A stretch of DNA of 64,000 bases from Octopus vulgaris (GCA_951406725.2 OX597834.1:33294001-33358000); one strand, 5' to 3'. Counted from the first letter of the stretch, positions 14,140 through 28,316 are shown. Made by a program: numbers and translations. The notes: a model not told the origin generated them from the sequence alone.

Positions 14140-17100
14140 TTAAAGGTAACATAAAAAAAGGTAAAGTTACTTTCTCAAGCCATACCTACGCATAAGGACC
14201 AGTTACCTAGTTTCATGGTGTATATATTCCCCACCTGGATGGGATGCTAGTCCATCACAGGATTCCTCATTTTTGCCAGCTGAGTGGACTGGAGTAATGT
14301 GAAATGAAGTGGTTTGCTCAAGAGAACAATGTGTCACCTGGTCCAAGAATCGAAACCACAATCTTATAACAATGAGGCCAACACCCTCACCACTGAGCCA
14401 TGCCTTAGAGCTATACCAGTGGAGTGTAAGCTCCCAGCAGGGTCTCCCATGCTGGACAGGTCAAAGGATAAAGGCCAGAAAAATATGGTCAACTTCTTTC
14501 CAGAGGTAAAAATGGGCCCTGCGTAGAGCCAATTACCCCTACCCAGAAAGAAAGCAAATTTTCAGAAGCACCAATGGTAACACAAAACTAACAAGACTGA
14601 GGAGAATGAGGCCTTCCGTCAGGGAAAGATGTGTTGCAACCAAATCCAAAAGGAAACTGCAAGAAGCAGGGATCCAACGGGAGGGAGGCAGAAAAGAGAG
14701 CTCGGAGTCAAGAACAGTGAAGAAAAATTGATTGTGTAGATTCCAGAGGGAGCAAAGGGCTCAACGTAAGGGAAAATACATCAGAGAAAAAATATGGCTC
14801 AGTGGTAAAGCTGTTCAACACACGATCATAAGAGTGTAGGTTCAGTTCTCGAGGCAGTATGTACATTGTATCCTTGGGCAAGGCACTTTATTTCACAACG
14901 ATCCAGTTCAGTCTGCTGAAAGGGAATTACATGTGAATAAGGTGCCTGCTATACTATTTGTATTAGCCCTCAGCCACACATCCAATCGTGCAGATGCAAG
15001 ACGCCAACAGCCCCTTGGTGGTTACCACACACTGGAAGACAATGAAATACACTTCTACACTTCTTAACACATGTCCTAATCTCAGCTGGCTCGGGTTAAC
15101 AATACTTGACATGGGGCCCTACTCAGGATCATACATCATCATCATTACCATCGTCACTTTAATGTCCACTTTTCTACGCTTGCATGGGTCAGACGAAGTT
15201 TACTGAGGCAGATTTTCTATGGATGCTCAACGCCTGAAGAAAATGAAGAAGAGAAAATAAGAATTGCCACAGCAGAAATGCTTTTGTTCTTCGTTCTACT
15301 CAATCAGGGTTGACCTGGGGCTAAACAACAACATTCTGTGATTGAGTGAACATTTGATGACATCATTGCTGATCACATGATGCTGATGGTGGTGGTGATG
15401 AACGAAACTGCTTGCTGCACCAGTTCTCTAGTTCTCTGACAACAGTTAACGATGCTAGTCACCAATTAATTACATGGAGAGTAATTTTCCTGTCAATCAC
15501 AACACAAATGTCACCATACACTTTAGGCTCACACACCACAACCACCACCACCACCACCACAACTAGGATGGCAACCATGACGATGATGACACCTTCCCAG
15601 GCTCCCCCACCATTACACTTCCGCTCTTGCAATTCTATACACCCTGTGGCCAAGTCAAATGGCACAAGCTGCTAAGTGTCAGGTTATCACCGTGACAACC
15701 ACACCATTCATTACACCAAATATCTTTCCTATGCTTCTACCCCCAGTTGTTACCCGGTTTCCCTTCTCCCTCCCCCCTCTCTCTCTCTTCCAAGCCCCAC
15801 CCCTTCCTGATAGTTCTGAAATAAACAAATCCATGATAATGATGGTTATGATGATGAAGATAGTGGTGGTAATAGCGGGAGCACTATGCAACAGATGAGT
15901 GTGCCAAGGGGTTTTTTTTTTTTAAATCTTATTCTTTTAATCTTTTACTTGTTTCAGTCATTTGACTGCGCCTTTAGTCGAACAAGTCTAATTCTGGTAC
16001 TTATTCTATCAGGCTCTTCAGCTGAACTGCTAAGTTACAGGGATGTAAACACATGAACACCTGTTGTCGAGTGGTGGTGGGGGATAAACAGACACAAAGA
16101 CACACACACACACACACACATATATACCCCTCATTCATTGGGCAATAGACTTTGCTTGCGAAGACCTATTGAGGCAAATGAAATCAAATCAAAATCGCTG
16201 ACATGGCCAATGACAGTACTACATGATTGGAACTCATGCCAGTGGAATGTTAAAAGCACATCTGAGCATGATCGTTGCCAGGGCCACGAATTGGCTCCCG
16301 TGCCGGTGGCACTTAAAAAGCACCATTTGAGCGTGATCATTGCCAGTGTCGCCTTACCAGCACAAGAAAAACAACATTCAAGCGTGGTCATTGCCAGTGC
16401 AGCTGGACTGGCTCCCATGCAGATAGCACATAAAAAATATCTTCTGTGCATGGTCATTTCCACAACTGCTTGACTGGCCTTCGTGCCGGTGGCACGTAAA
16501 AGCACCCACTACACTATCAGAGTGGTTGGCATTAGGAAGGGCTTCCAGCTGTAGAAACTTTGCCAGATCAGATCAAGCCTGGTGCAGCCTTCTGGCTCAC
16601 CAGTCCTCAGTCAAATCGTCCGACCCATGCCAGCATGGAAAGTGGATGTTAAACGACGACGATAATATATATAAATGAAGGGCTTCTTTTAGTTTCTGTC
16701 TGCCAAATCCACTCACAAGGCTTTGGTCGGTCCGAGGCTATAGCAGAAGATAATTGCCCAAGGTGCCATGCAGTGGGACTGAACCCTAGACCATGTGGTT
16801 GAGAAGGAAGCTTCTTACCACACAGCCACAATGAGAATGTAAACCAACACCAGTTGTCAAGTGGTGGTGGTGAACACACACATACATGCATTCATACATA
16901 TATACACATACAGACACATGACAAGCTTCTGCACAGTTTCCAATGTCTACCAAATTTACTCTCAAGGAATTGGTAGGTCGGGGACTATAGAAGACACTAG
17001 ACTAAGGTACCACGTGGTGGGACTGAACCTGAAACACATGAGCTTCTTAATAACTGTCTTATTCTTTCTTTTTATAACTCATGGCACCGAGAGACAATAA

Positions 17101-17970
17101 GGGGATTCTATTTTGGTCCTCACACTTTAAAATTGCAGCAGACTATTTTAAGGGCTGACACAAGCTCTTCCAAAACACATGAGAACAAAAGCTAAAATTT
17201 TCAAAAGGGTCCCACTTTCATTCTCCTTCTTCCATCCCCTACAGCCTGATAAGCCCCCTAAGGGTTACAAAAGAGGAGCCTGAGAGCAGGAACACCACCT
17301 ACACAATCTACCATGACACAACCAAACAGTGAGGGGAGAGGGGCCCCTTTTTGTTTTTGCTCATTTTCCCAGGGGATGGTTAGCTAAATTTCTCAGCTAC
17401 CTTTCTCAGCTTACACAAATTTCTTGACTACCCTCCAAATACCCTTCCACCCAGTCAATGAATTTAATCCCTCATCACAGACTAAAAACCCTTCACCTTA
17501 AACCCTATGTAATGAACTTTGCTAAAGGGCAAAACGGGTGACATTTTACTCTCTCTGTCTCCATTTCTTCTTTTTAGTTTTCAATTCCCCTCATTTCCTT
17601 TACACAGGTTGAGATGGGGTCAGGATTTATTAGGGCGGGGTCTGATTTAAAGAAAAAAAATTATTTTATTTCATTTAGTTTTGGGGGGAGTGAGCAGGGA
17701 TGGGGTTCCATTCCTCCCGTCTGCACAAGGGTCATACAAAAGTAGCTCCCTATCCTCAATTTACAGACTCAGGTTTCAAATGACGTTTACTGACAAAGCA
17801 GCTCATGTTGCACATGTCATAAACAAAGACCGATGATGATGATGGGTGACGATGGTGGTGGTTGATGGGGATGTCAACCACCCCAGCTGATGGACCATCC
17901 CAACACCCAAGTTACCTTTAACCCAAAGCTGGCCAAAACACTAGAGAACCAGACTGCATTAAACACTTAA

Positions 17971-18270
17971 CCCTTTAGCACTCAAATTACTGCATTAAAT
18001 TTGTGCTTATTTATTCACCTTATTCCCAACTGACCCTGCATTATCTTGCACGACTTTAAGATTTTCAGGATATGACTGTGTATTTTTAAAATGACAGTGT
18101 AGGGTTCAAACTGGTCAGATCTGGTCTCTCACACCAACCCTACAATATCGTTTTAAAAATTAACAGCTACCTCATCAAAATCTCATAGCTACAAGATAAT
18201 GCGTGATTAGTTCAAAACAATGTGGATAAAAAAGGATTAGTTTTGGCAGAATAATGTGAACACTAAAGGG
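17971..18270. mobile_element. piggyBac-type MITE (family P2), foldback form
   Basis: TTAA|CCCTTTAG...CTAAAGGG|TTAA, with halves that are diverged reverse complements. Related fragments near 4115, 10165-10368, 18430-18640 and 35340-35465. Confidence 0.75.
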
Positions 18271-18665
18271 TTAAATGCATCCTCTTACCCTACAAGTTCA
18301 AATCCTTGCTGAATCTAACTAAGTACTAGTTTATATCTAAGTTTTATTGTTTTTCTCTCCCTGTGCGGTCTCTCTAATTTACCACGAGTGCTTATTGCCA
18401 ACAACTGCCCCGTCCCAACACCCAAACTGACCACATCAGGGCCAGATGTTCCACCTGTTTTATGTTCAAACTGCCTGGATCTAGCCTCTAGCACTTACCG
18501 AACAATGTCATTCCAAAACTACACAATGACCTCATCAAAATCTTGAAGCCATAAGATAATGTGTGACTGATTCAAAACTGAGACTAAACAAGCATTGCAT
18601 TTTTGCATTTGACAGCAAAATCTGAATGTGAAAGGGTCAAACTCAAAGCTGGTTGAAACAGTAGA

Positions 18666-18951
18666 GCAGAGTCAGTTATGGCTTGGGCAGCTGTGACAGC
18701 CACTGGAAGGTCCCCCCTCGTCTTTGTGCCCTTGGGTGTAAGAATCAACACACAGCAATACATTACCGACATTCTGGAAGCTCAACTGCTTCCCTGGGCG
18801 AAAGAGCACTTTCAAGACACACCTTGGAGCCTCCAACAGGACTCAGCACCATCCCACAGCTCCAAACAGATGCAACACTGAATTCAGAAAGACATTCCAT
18901 CGTTCATAGGCAAGGAACTACGGCCCTCAAGAAGCCCTGATCTCAACCCAT
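18666..18951 (+). pseudogene. Tc1/mariner superfamily transposase fragment (maT/DD37D-like)
   Basis: VMAWAAVTATGRSPLVFVP...QYITDILE..LLPW..HF...WSLQQDSAPSH..*IQKDIPSFI...PSRSPDLNP: catalytic-domain motifs QQDSAPxH and SPDLNP, with an internal stop. Confidence 0.85.
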
Positions 18952-19540
18952 ATTGTCATGGACAGTGATGTAGCTTTCAGCTTGCATCGGTCTTGTTTCA
19001 GGTATACAGTATTGACAAGTCACAAAAACAATGAAATACCAATGTCTATCACTCCTGAATGGGATCCAATGCAAGTTATCTCCCTTGTCTATGACTTCCA
19101 GGTGTTTCAACAACAGGCGCAAGAAGAGAATATAAGCCTATAAGCGCAGCCTACCCACGAACAAGTAAAACACATACCTTGTGTATGTGTATTTGATATT
19201 GTTTATATTCCTCAAGCTACTTTTAACTCATATTTGAATACATACACACACACACACTGAGACTAATATATATATATATAATATGTATCATTTTATGAAT
19301 TAACTGCTAGTTCTTAATGACTAATAGCAAAAACAATTTATAGTACCTAACTTTAAGAAGATGGAATAACAGCAGGGTGTATGTTCTGGGTGCGCCAGGT
19401 GAGCAAGCACTGCACACCCGCCAAAGATAGTAAATTATTTTTATCGTAATTCTCTTCTTGCAGTAATACTATGATATAATCTGGTTGTAATTTGTTTTCC
19501 AATCTTAACGATATATACATATATATATATATATATATAA

Positions 19541-19583
<43 letters not shown>

Positions 19584-19588
19584 CACAT

Positions 19589-19621
<33 letters not shown>

Positions 19622-20009
19622 CACATACACACACACACACACATGTAGAAACAATTACGTCAAGTTGATGCTGTATTATATATAAAAATAGATAGAAGTT
19701 TGTGTGTTTACATGCATCTCAGAGCAGTAGGTTCTATGTGTAGACTATGCGTAAACAATCCCCGTTCACTAATAAATAGCAGATATTCTCTATAGAATGA
19801 TTGGTAATTTGGTTGCCTACCAAATGATAGATTTGAGGTCTGAATCCAGCCTGTGGACCCTGATGTCAAATAAGGTAGTGTTTCACCATATGTATTTCAC
19901 CATGGCTGGGTATGTTTACACAGAAGATTGGAAAGAAAGGACACTGTTTTCATGATGGTAACATTTGTTTTACAACAAACGGCTTTCTTTATGTTGACTA
20001 CACTGCCTT

Positions 20010-20333
20010 CACATTGAAAAATTGGGGTTCAGGTTGCTGGAACATGCTCCATACAGTTTAAATCTTGTCCCTTCAAGTCTTTGGACTGTGCAAACCTCCT
20101 TTACAAGGTCATCAATTTGCTACAGACAAAGCTCAGGAAGCAGTGCATGAATGGCCACGTGACCAATCCAAAACCTTCTTCCCCGATGGAATAACCAAGC
20201 TTGTGGATCGCTGAAAGAAGTGCATTGAATTACGAGGAGACTATATCGAAAAAAAGATGAGATTGTTCGACTCCTGCTTTTGTTTTGATAAATAAGAGAA
20301 AGAAGAGTCTGAATAATCTTTGACTTACCCTTG
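20010..20333 (+). pseudogene. mariner transposase C-terminal fragment plus right TIR
   Basis: HIEKLGFRLLEHAPYSLNLVPS (decayed HPPYSPDLAPS) and EAVHEW...FFPDGITKLVDR*KKCIELRGDYIEK. TIR-like end TTTGACTTACCCTTG. Confidence 0.85.
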
Positions 20334-23300
20334 TGTGTGTGTGTGTATTATACATCTATATAGGCATAGCTGTGTAGTAAGAAGCTTGCTTCCCAAACAC
20401 ATGGTTCTGGGCTCAGCCCCACTGCATGGCACCTTGGACAAGTGTCTTTTACTATAGCCTCAAGCCAAGCAAAACCTTGTGAGTGGATATGGTAGGCGGA
20501 AACTGAAAGAAGCCCATCATGTGTGTATGTGTGTGTGTGTTGTTCCACCATCATCATCACTTGAGAACTGATGCTAAATGTGTTTACAGCCCTGTAACTT
20601 AGTGGTTTGGCAAAAGAGACCGATAAAACAAGTACTAAGGCTTACGAAGAATAAACCTTTTAATGCGGTGCTCCAGCATGGCCACAGTCAGATGACTAAA
20701 ACAAGTAAAACAATAAAAGAATGTGTGTTTGTGAGTAAGGAAAGCAAGCATCCAATGATTTTATAAATATATCTGTATATAATAAGACTTGTATGCTTCC
20801 AGCAAGGAGGTCCACCCGATACCACCAACTAATTACAGTCGAATTTAAACACATGTTATGGCTAAAAAAGTAGTACAAGTGAGTTAATGATTTTAATAAG
20901 AAAACATGAGCTGCTGCTGCTGATGATGATTTTTTGTTTTTAAATTAAATCAGTCATTCAGTGCAGCTGAAAGCAAGAATACCCCAGAATTTGTCTAGTA
21001 AGCAACACCATTTTATTTTATTTATTTTTTCTCTTTATTTATTTTTCCGTGATTGCATGGTGGTGATGCTAGTGGTGATGGTGGTATTTTTTTTTATTAT
21101 TATTGGTGAATTGTTTTTACAGCTGGATGGCGCCATGCCTTGCCCTTTGCTTCCAGCTAGAACCATTCAACTGTGAAGAAGGAAGCAAGCCCATGGAGTG
21201 AGTAGGTGAGTGTGAGGAAGGTTCGTCAATCAGGGCCCTTATGTGACTTATTCAAGAATATATGCATTAGAGGTCGGGGGAGGGGGAGTGTCCAAGACTT
21301 GAGTTCAGAAGAAACCAGAGCTGGTTCCTGTATTGGCAAAACAATGAAATCAAATGACAAAAACCATCTAATTGTATCTTTTACTTAGCCATGCTGGAGC
21401 ACCACCTTGAAGGGTTTTAGTCAAACAAATTAAACCCAGTACTTATTTTTAAGTATTGTACTTATTTCTATCATCTTTTGCTAAACTGCTAAGTTTCGAG
21501 GATGTAAACAAACCAACACCAGTTGTCAAGCAGCGGTGGGGACAAACAAAGACACACATATATACATACACGAACTATGTATGTATGCTGCATATATATA
21601 TATATATATACACACATATGACAGGCTTCTTACAATTTCCACCAACCAAATCCACTCACAAGGCATTAGTCTGTCCAAGGCTACTGTAGAAGACACTTAC
21701 CCAAGGTGCCACACAGTGGGACTGAACCTGAAATTATGTGGTTGGGAAGCAAATTTCTTACCACACAGCCACATCTGCACTTATTATAACAACAATACAA
21801 AGCATCAGACACAGTCCACAAATGAGGGATGGGCAGTGTCTGGGGACAAATTTGGTCAAGAATTACACCATCACCAGCTCTGTGCTTCTGCATCCATGCA
21901 AAATGGATTTTCAACCCATCAATCTTTGGGGCATAAAAGACAGCAATAGTCCCATGGTGGTGTTGGAATTGTATGCATATAAAACACATCATGGTGGTCT
22001 CTTCTCTTGACGTGTGGCCTTTCATGGCTGACAAGTCCATCCAGGTCAGTTGTAATTGGGCAGACTTGTAATCAAAAATCAGACAACCACAACCACTGTG
22101 TCTTTCATTCAAGTATCTAAGTCTATCTTAGACTACATTACCCAATCAACTCATTTGTTTTAAATTCAAGACTGTGTAATTTGAGGGACGTCTTGGCTGT
22201 TATTTCTAGTTATTGTTAAGCCCTAGGTTAACCCTGACCCAGTAGATTTATAATGAAGTGATTTCAGCAGTGATCATTCTCTCTTTTATTTGGTCACAAG
22301 ACATCTCGGACTACATCATCCAATGTGGCCTACTTTAAGACAGTAAGTAGGGTGTGAGATTTGAGTGAGGTTTTTAGCTGTTATGTCTAGCTGCTGTTGT
22401 TAAACCAAGGGCCTCACCACCACCACTGCCCCCATCCAGTGGTCCTAAATCATAATCAATGGTTTCTTGTTTTCAGGAACAAAGCATCTAGGATTACATT
22501 AATTAATGTCCCACTTTCTTTTAAGGACATTACGTAGGGTGTAATTTGAGGAAGGAGATTTAGCTGCTAAGTCTAGCGAGTCAAGCAATCACATAACTGT
22601 TCCATCGTTGTTGTTATTGTTCCTGTTGTTTCTAGGTTTCGTCTCAGTTGCCCCCTCTCCCATGAAGAAGAGCAGTGAAGTACCTCTGCAGGAGTTGCAG
22701 GTGCCACTCCTGTTGTACTTTTCATCTGCCAGCAACAGTAAAGAACAGAGGTAGTGAGAGGAGATTAGGGAGTGGAAGAGGAAGAGTACTTGTAGAACCC
22801 TACATCCTGTCTGATTGACAAAAAAAAACCATGCCCCCTTTAAATCTGAAGTACTCTTTCTACTCCTTTGAACACTTGGCTTTAAGATGGGAGAGATTTA
22901 GACAGCTTATCACTGCTGAAGTGGCAGAGATATACAAGTACAGAAAGTGTGTATGTGTGTGGGTGTGAATGTAATGTGCGATAGTGTATGTGTGTGTGTG
23001 ATATGTGTGGAAAACATGAATGTTAGTGTATGTATGGTGCGTGTGTGTGTTGGCGTATCTAAATTTGATTACAAATTTCTTGATGATTAATCACAGTGAT
23101 ATGTGAGCACACATATATGTGTATGAATACACACACACAGATATATATATATATATAGTCATCATCATCATAATGTCCATGCTCTGTGCTGGCATGGGTT
23201 AGATGGGTTGATAGAACCAACTCAGTCCAAAGATTGTCTTGCGCTGCAGTGCCTGCTTTGGCATGGTTTCTATGGCTGGATGCCCTTATATATAAATATA

Positions 23301-23387
23301 TAATTGTCACTGGATCTACATTGGGAATTCTGCAGTGTAATTGGCATACTATTAGACATACACCCAAAGTCCAAATAATTACTTTTA

Positions 23388-23648
23388 TACATGGTTTGAT
23401 TAATAAGTATCCAGAGTGTTGCCATAGTAACAAAGCTAAAGCACACTTGGCACAGATTGACCTTGAACTCTGTTGTGCATGCGCACTAAGTTTTAACGTT
23501 CTAGCTCACTTCCGCTGGATACAGCAATGCTTGGAAGGAACAGGTGTAGCGTGTTGATCGTCACATTGACTATGAGGGAGAAAGGTGGGCAGAGAATCTA
23601 CATCAAATTTTGCAAAAAGCTTGGCGATACCTCCTCAGAGTCCTTCAC
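23388..23648 (+). pseudogene. mariner 5' end (TIR, UTR, transposase N-terminus)
   Basis: TIR-like TACATGGTTTGATTAATAAGTATCC. MREKGGQRIYIKFCKKLGDT resembles the mariner EQRxxIKFCxKLG motif. Confidence 0.75.
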
Positions 23649-23649
23649 A

Positions 23650-24135
23650 AGGTTTTCAAATAGTTTTCATCGTTCTCAATGCAATCAAGATCTTGTGCAA
23701 CTGAAACCCAAGAGACTCTTTGGTCAGCTGAAAGCAGTTTTGGTACAAACGTGACAGACATGCGCCTCATACCCAAACCTTCAGTGATAATGGACTGAAC
23801 TGAACTGAACTGTAACTATTCTGCACATCCTCTGGTAACTCACGGATGGTGACTTAACAATTTCCCCTCACTGCTGCACGCACATCTGCAATGTTTTTCT
23901 AAGTTCTCCAAGTTGCAGGTCTCCCAGAACGTCGGTCACTATCGACATTTTTCTAGTCATCTTGGAAACATGAACTACTCGTACACTTGTGTGCAGATCA
24001 TACACTCCTCTCCATACACTTTCTGCAACGTTGCATAGGACTCTCAGCAAGTATCACCATGACAACTTTCTCGGTCATGATCAATGCGACAATCAAACGC
24101 TACACACCTTCCTTCCGGGCACTGCTGTAAACAGG
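23650..24135 (-). pseudogene. mariner transposase N-terminal half, degenerate
   Basis: Minus strand pieces MTEKV, YATLQKVYGEECM..TQVYE, RSGRP, KNIADVRAAV, TIREL, SIITEGLGMRR...FVPKLLS (WVPxxL-type linker), with stops and frameshifts. Confidence 0.8.
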
Positions 24136-24877
24136 GGTTCTTATCTTACAGGTACTTGGTGACCTCACCAACCACTTAACATAGAAAACAAGGTGCTGGT
24201 ATCACATAAAAAGCACTCAGTATACTGTGTTAAGTGGTTGGGATTAGGGGGGCATCTGGCCACAGAAGCCATGCCAAAGCAAACACAGAACCCGGCAGAG
24301 CCCTCTGGTTTGTCTGTTCTCGAGAAACTGTCCAACCCATGCCAGCATGTGAAGAAGGACAGCAAATGAAGATGATGCTGATGGTATCAAAGACCAAGCC
24401 ATTGAACAACCATACCACCTCTTGTTTTCTGGAATAATATTCCAGACAACATAATCGATGTCTTTTGTGTTGTTTACCCCAAGGTCAACTGATGCAGCAG
24501 ACCTATGATCAATAATATGGCAGTCATGACCATCCAGTATTTTTTTTTTCTTTTCTGTGGCTGTGTGGTAAGAAGTTTGTTTTCTGACTACAAGCTTCTG
24601 GGTTCAGTCCCACTGCATGCCACACCCAGGGCAAATATCTTCTACTCTAACCTTGGAGTGACCAAAGCCTTGTGAATGGATCTCATAGACGGAAACTGAA
24701 AGAAGCTCATTATATGTGTATATATAATTAATAAGAGATGGATTTTGTATTAGAGCTTTATTAAGTACCACATATGTTTCAACAACAGCTGACCTAAACT
24801 GTGCCAGTGTCCTACTCAACACTTAAATACACTAATCAACTTATACTTATTTGTCCAAATTATTTATTATTACTATC

Positions 24878-24912
<35 letters not shown>

Positions 24913-24915
<3 letters not shown>

Positions 24916-25111
24916 GGGAAAGTTTACGAAAATAAACAAAAGACGAAGGCAGGTGAAGTACAAACAAACAAATGTATTAGTATACCACTCAGGAATAGAA
25001 ATAGAAAAAGCCTTTTACGTTTTGAGCCTACGCTCTTCGACAGAAAGATACACAGAAAAAAACAAGGAGAGAAAAAAATGCGAGTAGGAGCTAACAATCT
25101 ATCATGGTGTC
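24913..25111 (-). mobile_element. Short non-autonomous element in (TA)n with hammerhead-like motif (copy 2)
   Basis: Second copy of the 9.4-kb element, again inside (TA)n. Minus strand 25012-25048: CUUU-CUGUCGA-A-GAGCguagGCUC-AAAACGUA-AAAG (GAAA decayed to AAAA at a CpG). Confidence 0.75.
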
Positions 25112-25112
25112 A

Positions 25113-25150
<38 letters not shown>

Positions 25151-25799
25151 TGCATATGATGTACATACAGAAACTACAAACACATGTATACACTACATAT
25201 GATATAGATGCACACACACAAACAAACACACACAGAAACTGCAAACAAATGTACATGCACACATGATATGCATACACACACACAGAGAAACTGCAAGTAC
25301 ACATACACACACACATCGTCAATGAATAAACAAATAAAAACCACTTCCATCAGGATGTAACAGTTTGATGGGTCATCCTGTCCACCATCCCCCCCTGTCC
25401 CTGCTCCTCACACCTTTAAAAAAAACCCACCACCACCACAACCAGTAGTAGTGACAGACCTATATAGACTCACTCCATACACCACCCCACCAGTTGTCCA
25501 CCAAATATGACAAATTCCATCGAATACAGGAAGAGAGACACTGAAGAATTAACTCATCTTTCAACAGGTACTATACACACACACACACACACACACAGTG
25601 TAATAGAGAAACTCTCTTATACATACATATACACATATATATACACACACGTAGTGACTGACTCTGACACATACACATTCATAATGACACAGTGACACTC
25701 AGACACACAGTGACACAGTTTCGCATATTTATGTGTCTCTCACACGCACACAAGCCCTCCTCTCATATTTACACATACTGTCCATAGTAAAACACACAC

Positions 25800-25840
<41 letters not shown>

Positions 25841-26299
25841 ATCTTGACTCTCATAAATACATATACTGTCCATAACAAAACACACACTCACACGTACACA
25901 TAGCCCTTAGCAGAACACACACTGTAATAGTACAGAACCCCTCCCCCACCGACCCGACCCGACCCCAGTAGCTATGAGAAAGTATTAGGAAATAGATGAT
26001 GGGAGGGGGAGTGTAAACAGTGCCCCACCACCTCCACCAGCTACCACTCTAACACCCATCTCTCTTCATCCCCCCCCCCCCATCATACAGAGAGCTTGGT
26101 GAAGTTATTTCCATACAGACTCAAGAGTCCACTGACTCCAATATGAGCTACTGCCCTCAACCCTGCCCCTGATGGGTGTGAGGAAAGGGTGAAGAGGGAA
26201 CTACACTTTTATTAGTAAATGGTCTCTAGTCTACTTAGGAGGGAAATCCAACCTAATATGGACCCGAGATGACTCTCTGGACTCACGGCAGCTTAAACG

Positions 26300-26640
26300 A
26301 TGGCTCAGTGGTTAGAGTGTCAGGCTCACAATCACGAGGTAGTGAGTTCGATTCCCAGACCAGGCTGTGTGTTGTGTTCTTGAGCAAGACACTTTATTTT
26401 CATGTTGCTCCAGTTCACTGAGGTGTAGAAATGAGTTGCGACGTCACTGGTACCAAGCTGTATTGGCCCCTTTGCCTTTCCCTTGAATAACATTGGTGGC
26501 ATGGAGAGGGGAGACTGGTAAGCATGGGCGACCGCTGGTCCTTCATAAACAACCCTGCACATACTTGTACCTTGGAAGGGAACTTTCTGGGTGCAATCCC
26601 ATGGTTATTCATAACTGAAGGGGTTCTTTACTCTTTACCC
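26300..26640 (+). mobile_element. tRNA-derived CORE-like SINE (family S3)
   Basis: A box TGGCTCAGTGG, B box GAGTTCGATTCC, core gttgtgttcttgagcaagacacttt..gttgctccagt. Related heads with differing tails at 3730-3970, 8870-9200, 14160-14405 (-), 14795-14930, 46670-46950, 61835-62135 (-). Confidence 0.8.
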
Positions 26641-27043
26641 AATTTCTCTAAATAAGTAACAGATTTTAACAAACAAAAAGTCCTGGGGGGTGGGAGTCGA
26701 TATTTGTCTGGCTAAAAATCCTTCACAGTGATGCCCCAGCATGGCCACAGTCTAATGACTGAAACAAGTAAACAGTAAAAGTGTGAGCATCCGTGCATGG
26801 GTTTCTGTTTGGTCCTCCATCTTGACATTGTGCAACAGTCGTAAACAAGTGCCACCATCGTACAAGCTACCAAATCTGTTCACAAGGCATTGGTCAGCTT
26901 GGGGCTATAATAGAAGACTTCTGCCCCAGTTGCAGCATAGTGATACTGAACCCATGACCACCACTTAGCTTGGTTACAAAGCAAGCTTCATAACTACACG
27001 GCTGTTGGTATAGATGGCATGTTGATGGTATTAGTGGTATTAA

Positions 27044-27275
27044 GGCGGCGAGCTGGCAGAATCGTTAGCACGCCGGGCGAAATGCGTAACTGTATATTGT
27101 CTGCCGTTATGTTCTGAGTTCAAAATCCGCCAAGGTCGACTTTGCCTTTCATCCTTCCGGGGTCGATAAATTAAGTACCAGTTATTCACTGGGGTCGATA
27201 TAATCGACTTAATCCGTTTGTCTGTCCTTGTTTGTCCTCTTTGCGTTTAGCCCCTTGTGGGTAGTAAAGAAATAG
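27044..27275 (+). mobile_element. tRNA-derived SINE (family S2)
   Basis: Head GGCGGCGAGCTGGCAGAA, B box GAGTTCAAAATCC, conserved gactttgcctttcatccttccggggtcgataaattaagtaccag, flanking direct repeat ggtattagtggt. Other copies at 7280-7670 (-), 11797-12170, 35090-35270, 35700-35975, 37165-37610, 42270-42480. Confidence 0.85.
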
Positions 27276-28316
27276 GTATTAGTGGTTGGAACACTGGTGG
27301 TGTGTTGATCATACAGCGTGTTGCGATGACTGAGTTGATTGTAGGGTGAGTTGTGCTGACGTTACTTTGGTGTTGACGCGTTTGGGGGGGTTGTGTGTTG
27401 TTTGTGTTGACGCGTTTGGGGTTTGTGTGTTGAAGAGAGTGAGGTTGGGGAGGAGATGAGCCAGCTTTTGGGGTTTTTTCTTATTTTTTTTCTTTTTGAG
27501 TGTGAGGTCACACTTGTGTTAATAAGTAAACAGTATTTCAGTTCTCAGTGTCAAGACTTGGCAGTGTGATATCATCTTTACTAGACAGAGAGAAGTGGGA
27601 CGGACAGACAGACACATGTACATAGAGAGAGAGAGCAGAAAGTGGGGGTGTGGAAGAAGAACTAAGAGAGTGAGAGGGAAGGAAGAGGAAGAGAGAAAAC
27701 CAGAGTTTGTCTGGAGTGGGGTGGGGTGAGAGGTAGGTGGAGGGAATGAGCAGAACGGAAGAGAAACGAGACAATGTAATTGAGAGAAGGAAGGAAGTGG
27801 GAAACAAAGGGTCAAGACAGAGAGAGAATAAGAAGGAGAGAGAGAGAAAGGTAGAAAGACAAAGAGAGAGAGAGCAAAGTACAATGACATAGAAATGGTG
27901 GCGGGGAGAGAACAGTTATACAATAACACTAACCTGTTCTATGTCACAGAAGAGAGCAATGTAAGAACTGGCCAAGCAGAAATGAGCCCATGGCCAGTGA
28001 CCTGCAGAGAAACTTTCCACTCTTTATAGCTGACTGAGTCAAAAATGTTCCAGATTCTTTGTCAAACCATGCTGCGGATCTTAATTAAGTTTAAATTAGA
28101 AACAACCTATGATTTATGGTTGCTTTTATAAATAATCCACTGTGGATTAACAGAAGAGACAAGGGAATCATAGGACAATAGAAAGGAGACATTGATGATG
28201 ACGATGATGATGGTAGCGATAATGATGATGGTAGTGATGATGATGATGGTAGTGATGATGATGATGGTAGCGATGATGATGGTAGCGATGATGATGATGG
28301 TAGCGATGATGATGAT

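Noticed and set aside
18958-19143. 61-aa ORF or possible exon after the transposase fragment
   Set aside because: No recognisable homology, does not match IMP3 on either strand, and weak splice signals.
24758-24830. Minus-strand GAAACATATGT with a palindromic stem III look
   Set aside because: Followed by G at the cleavage position, and no recognisable core upstream.
26300-26372. tRNA-like sequences here and at 32641-32714, 50173 and others as tRNA genes
   Set aside because: A and B boxes are present, but acceptor stems do not pair properly and each runs into a repeat body. They are SINE heads.
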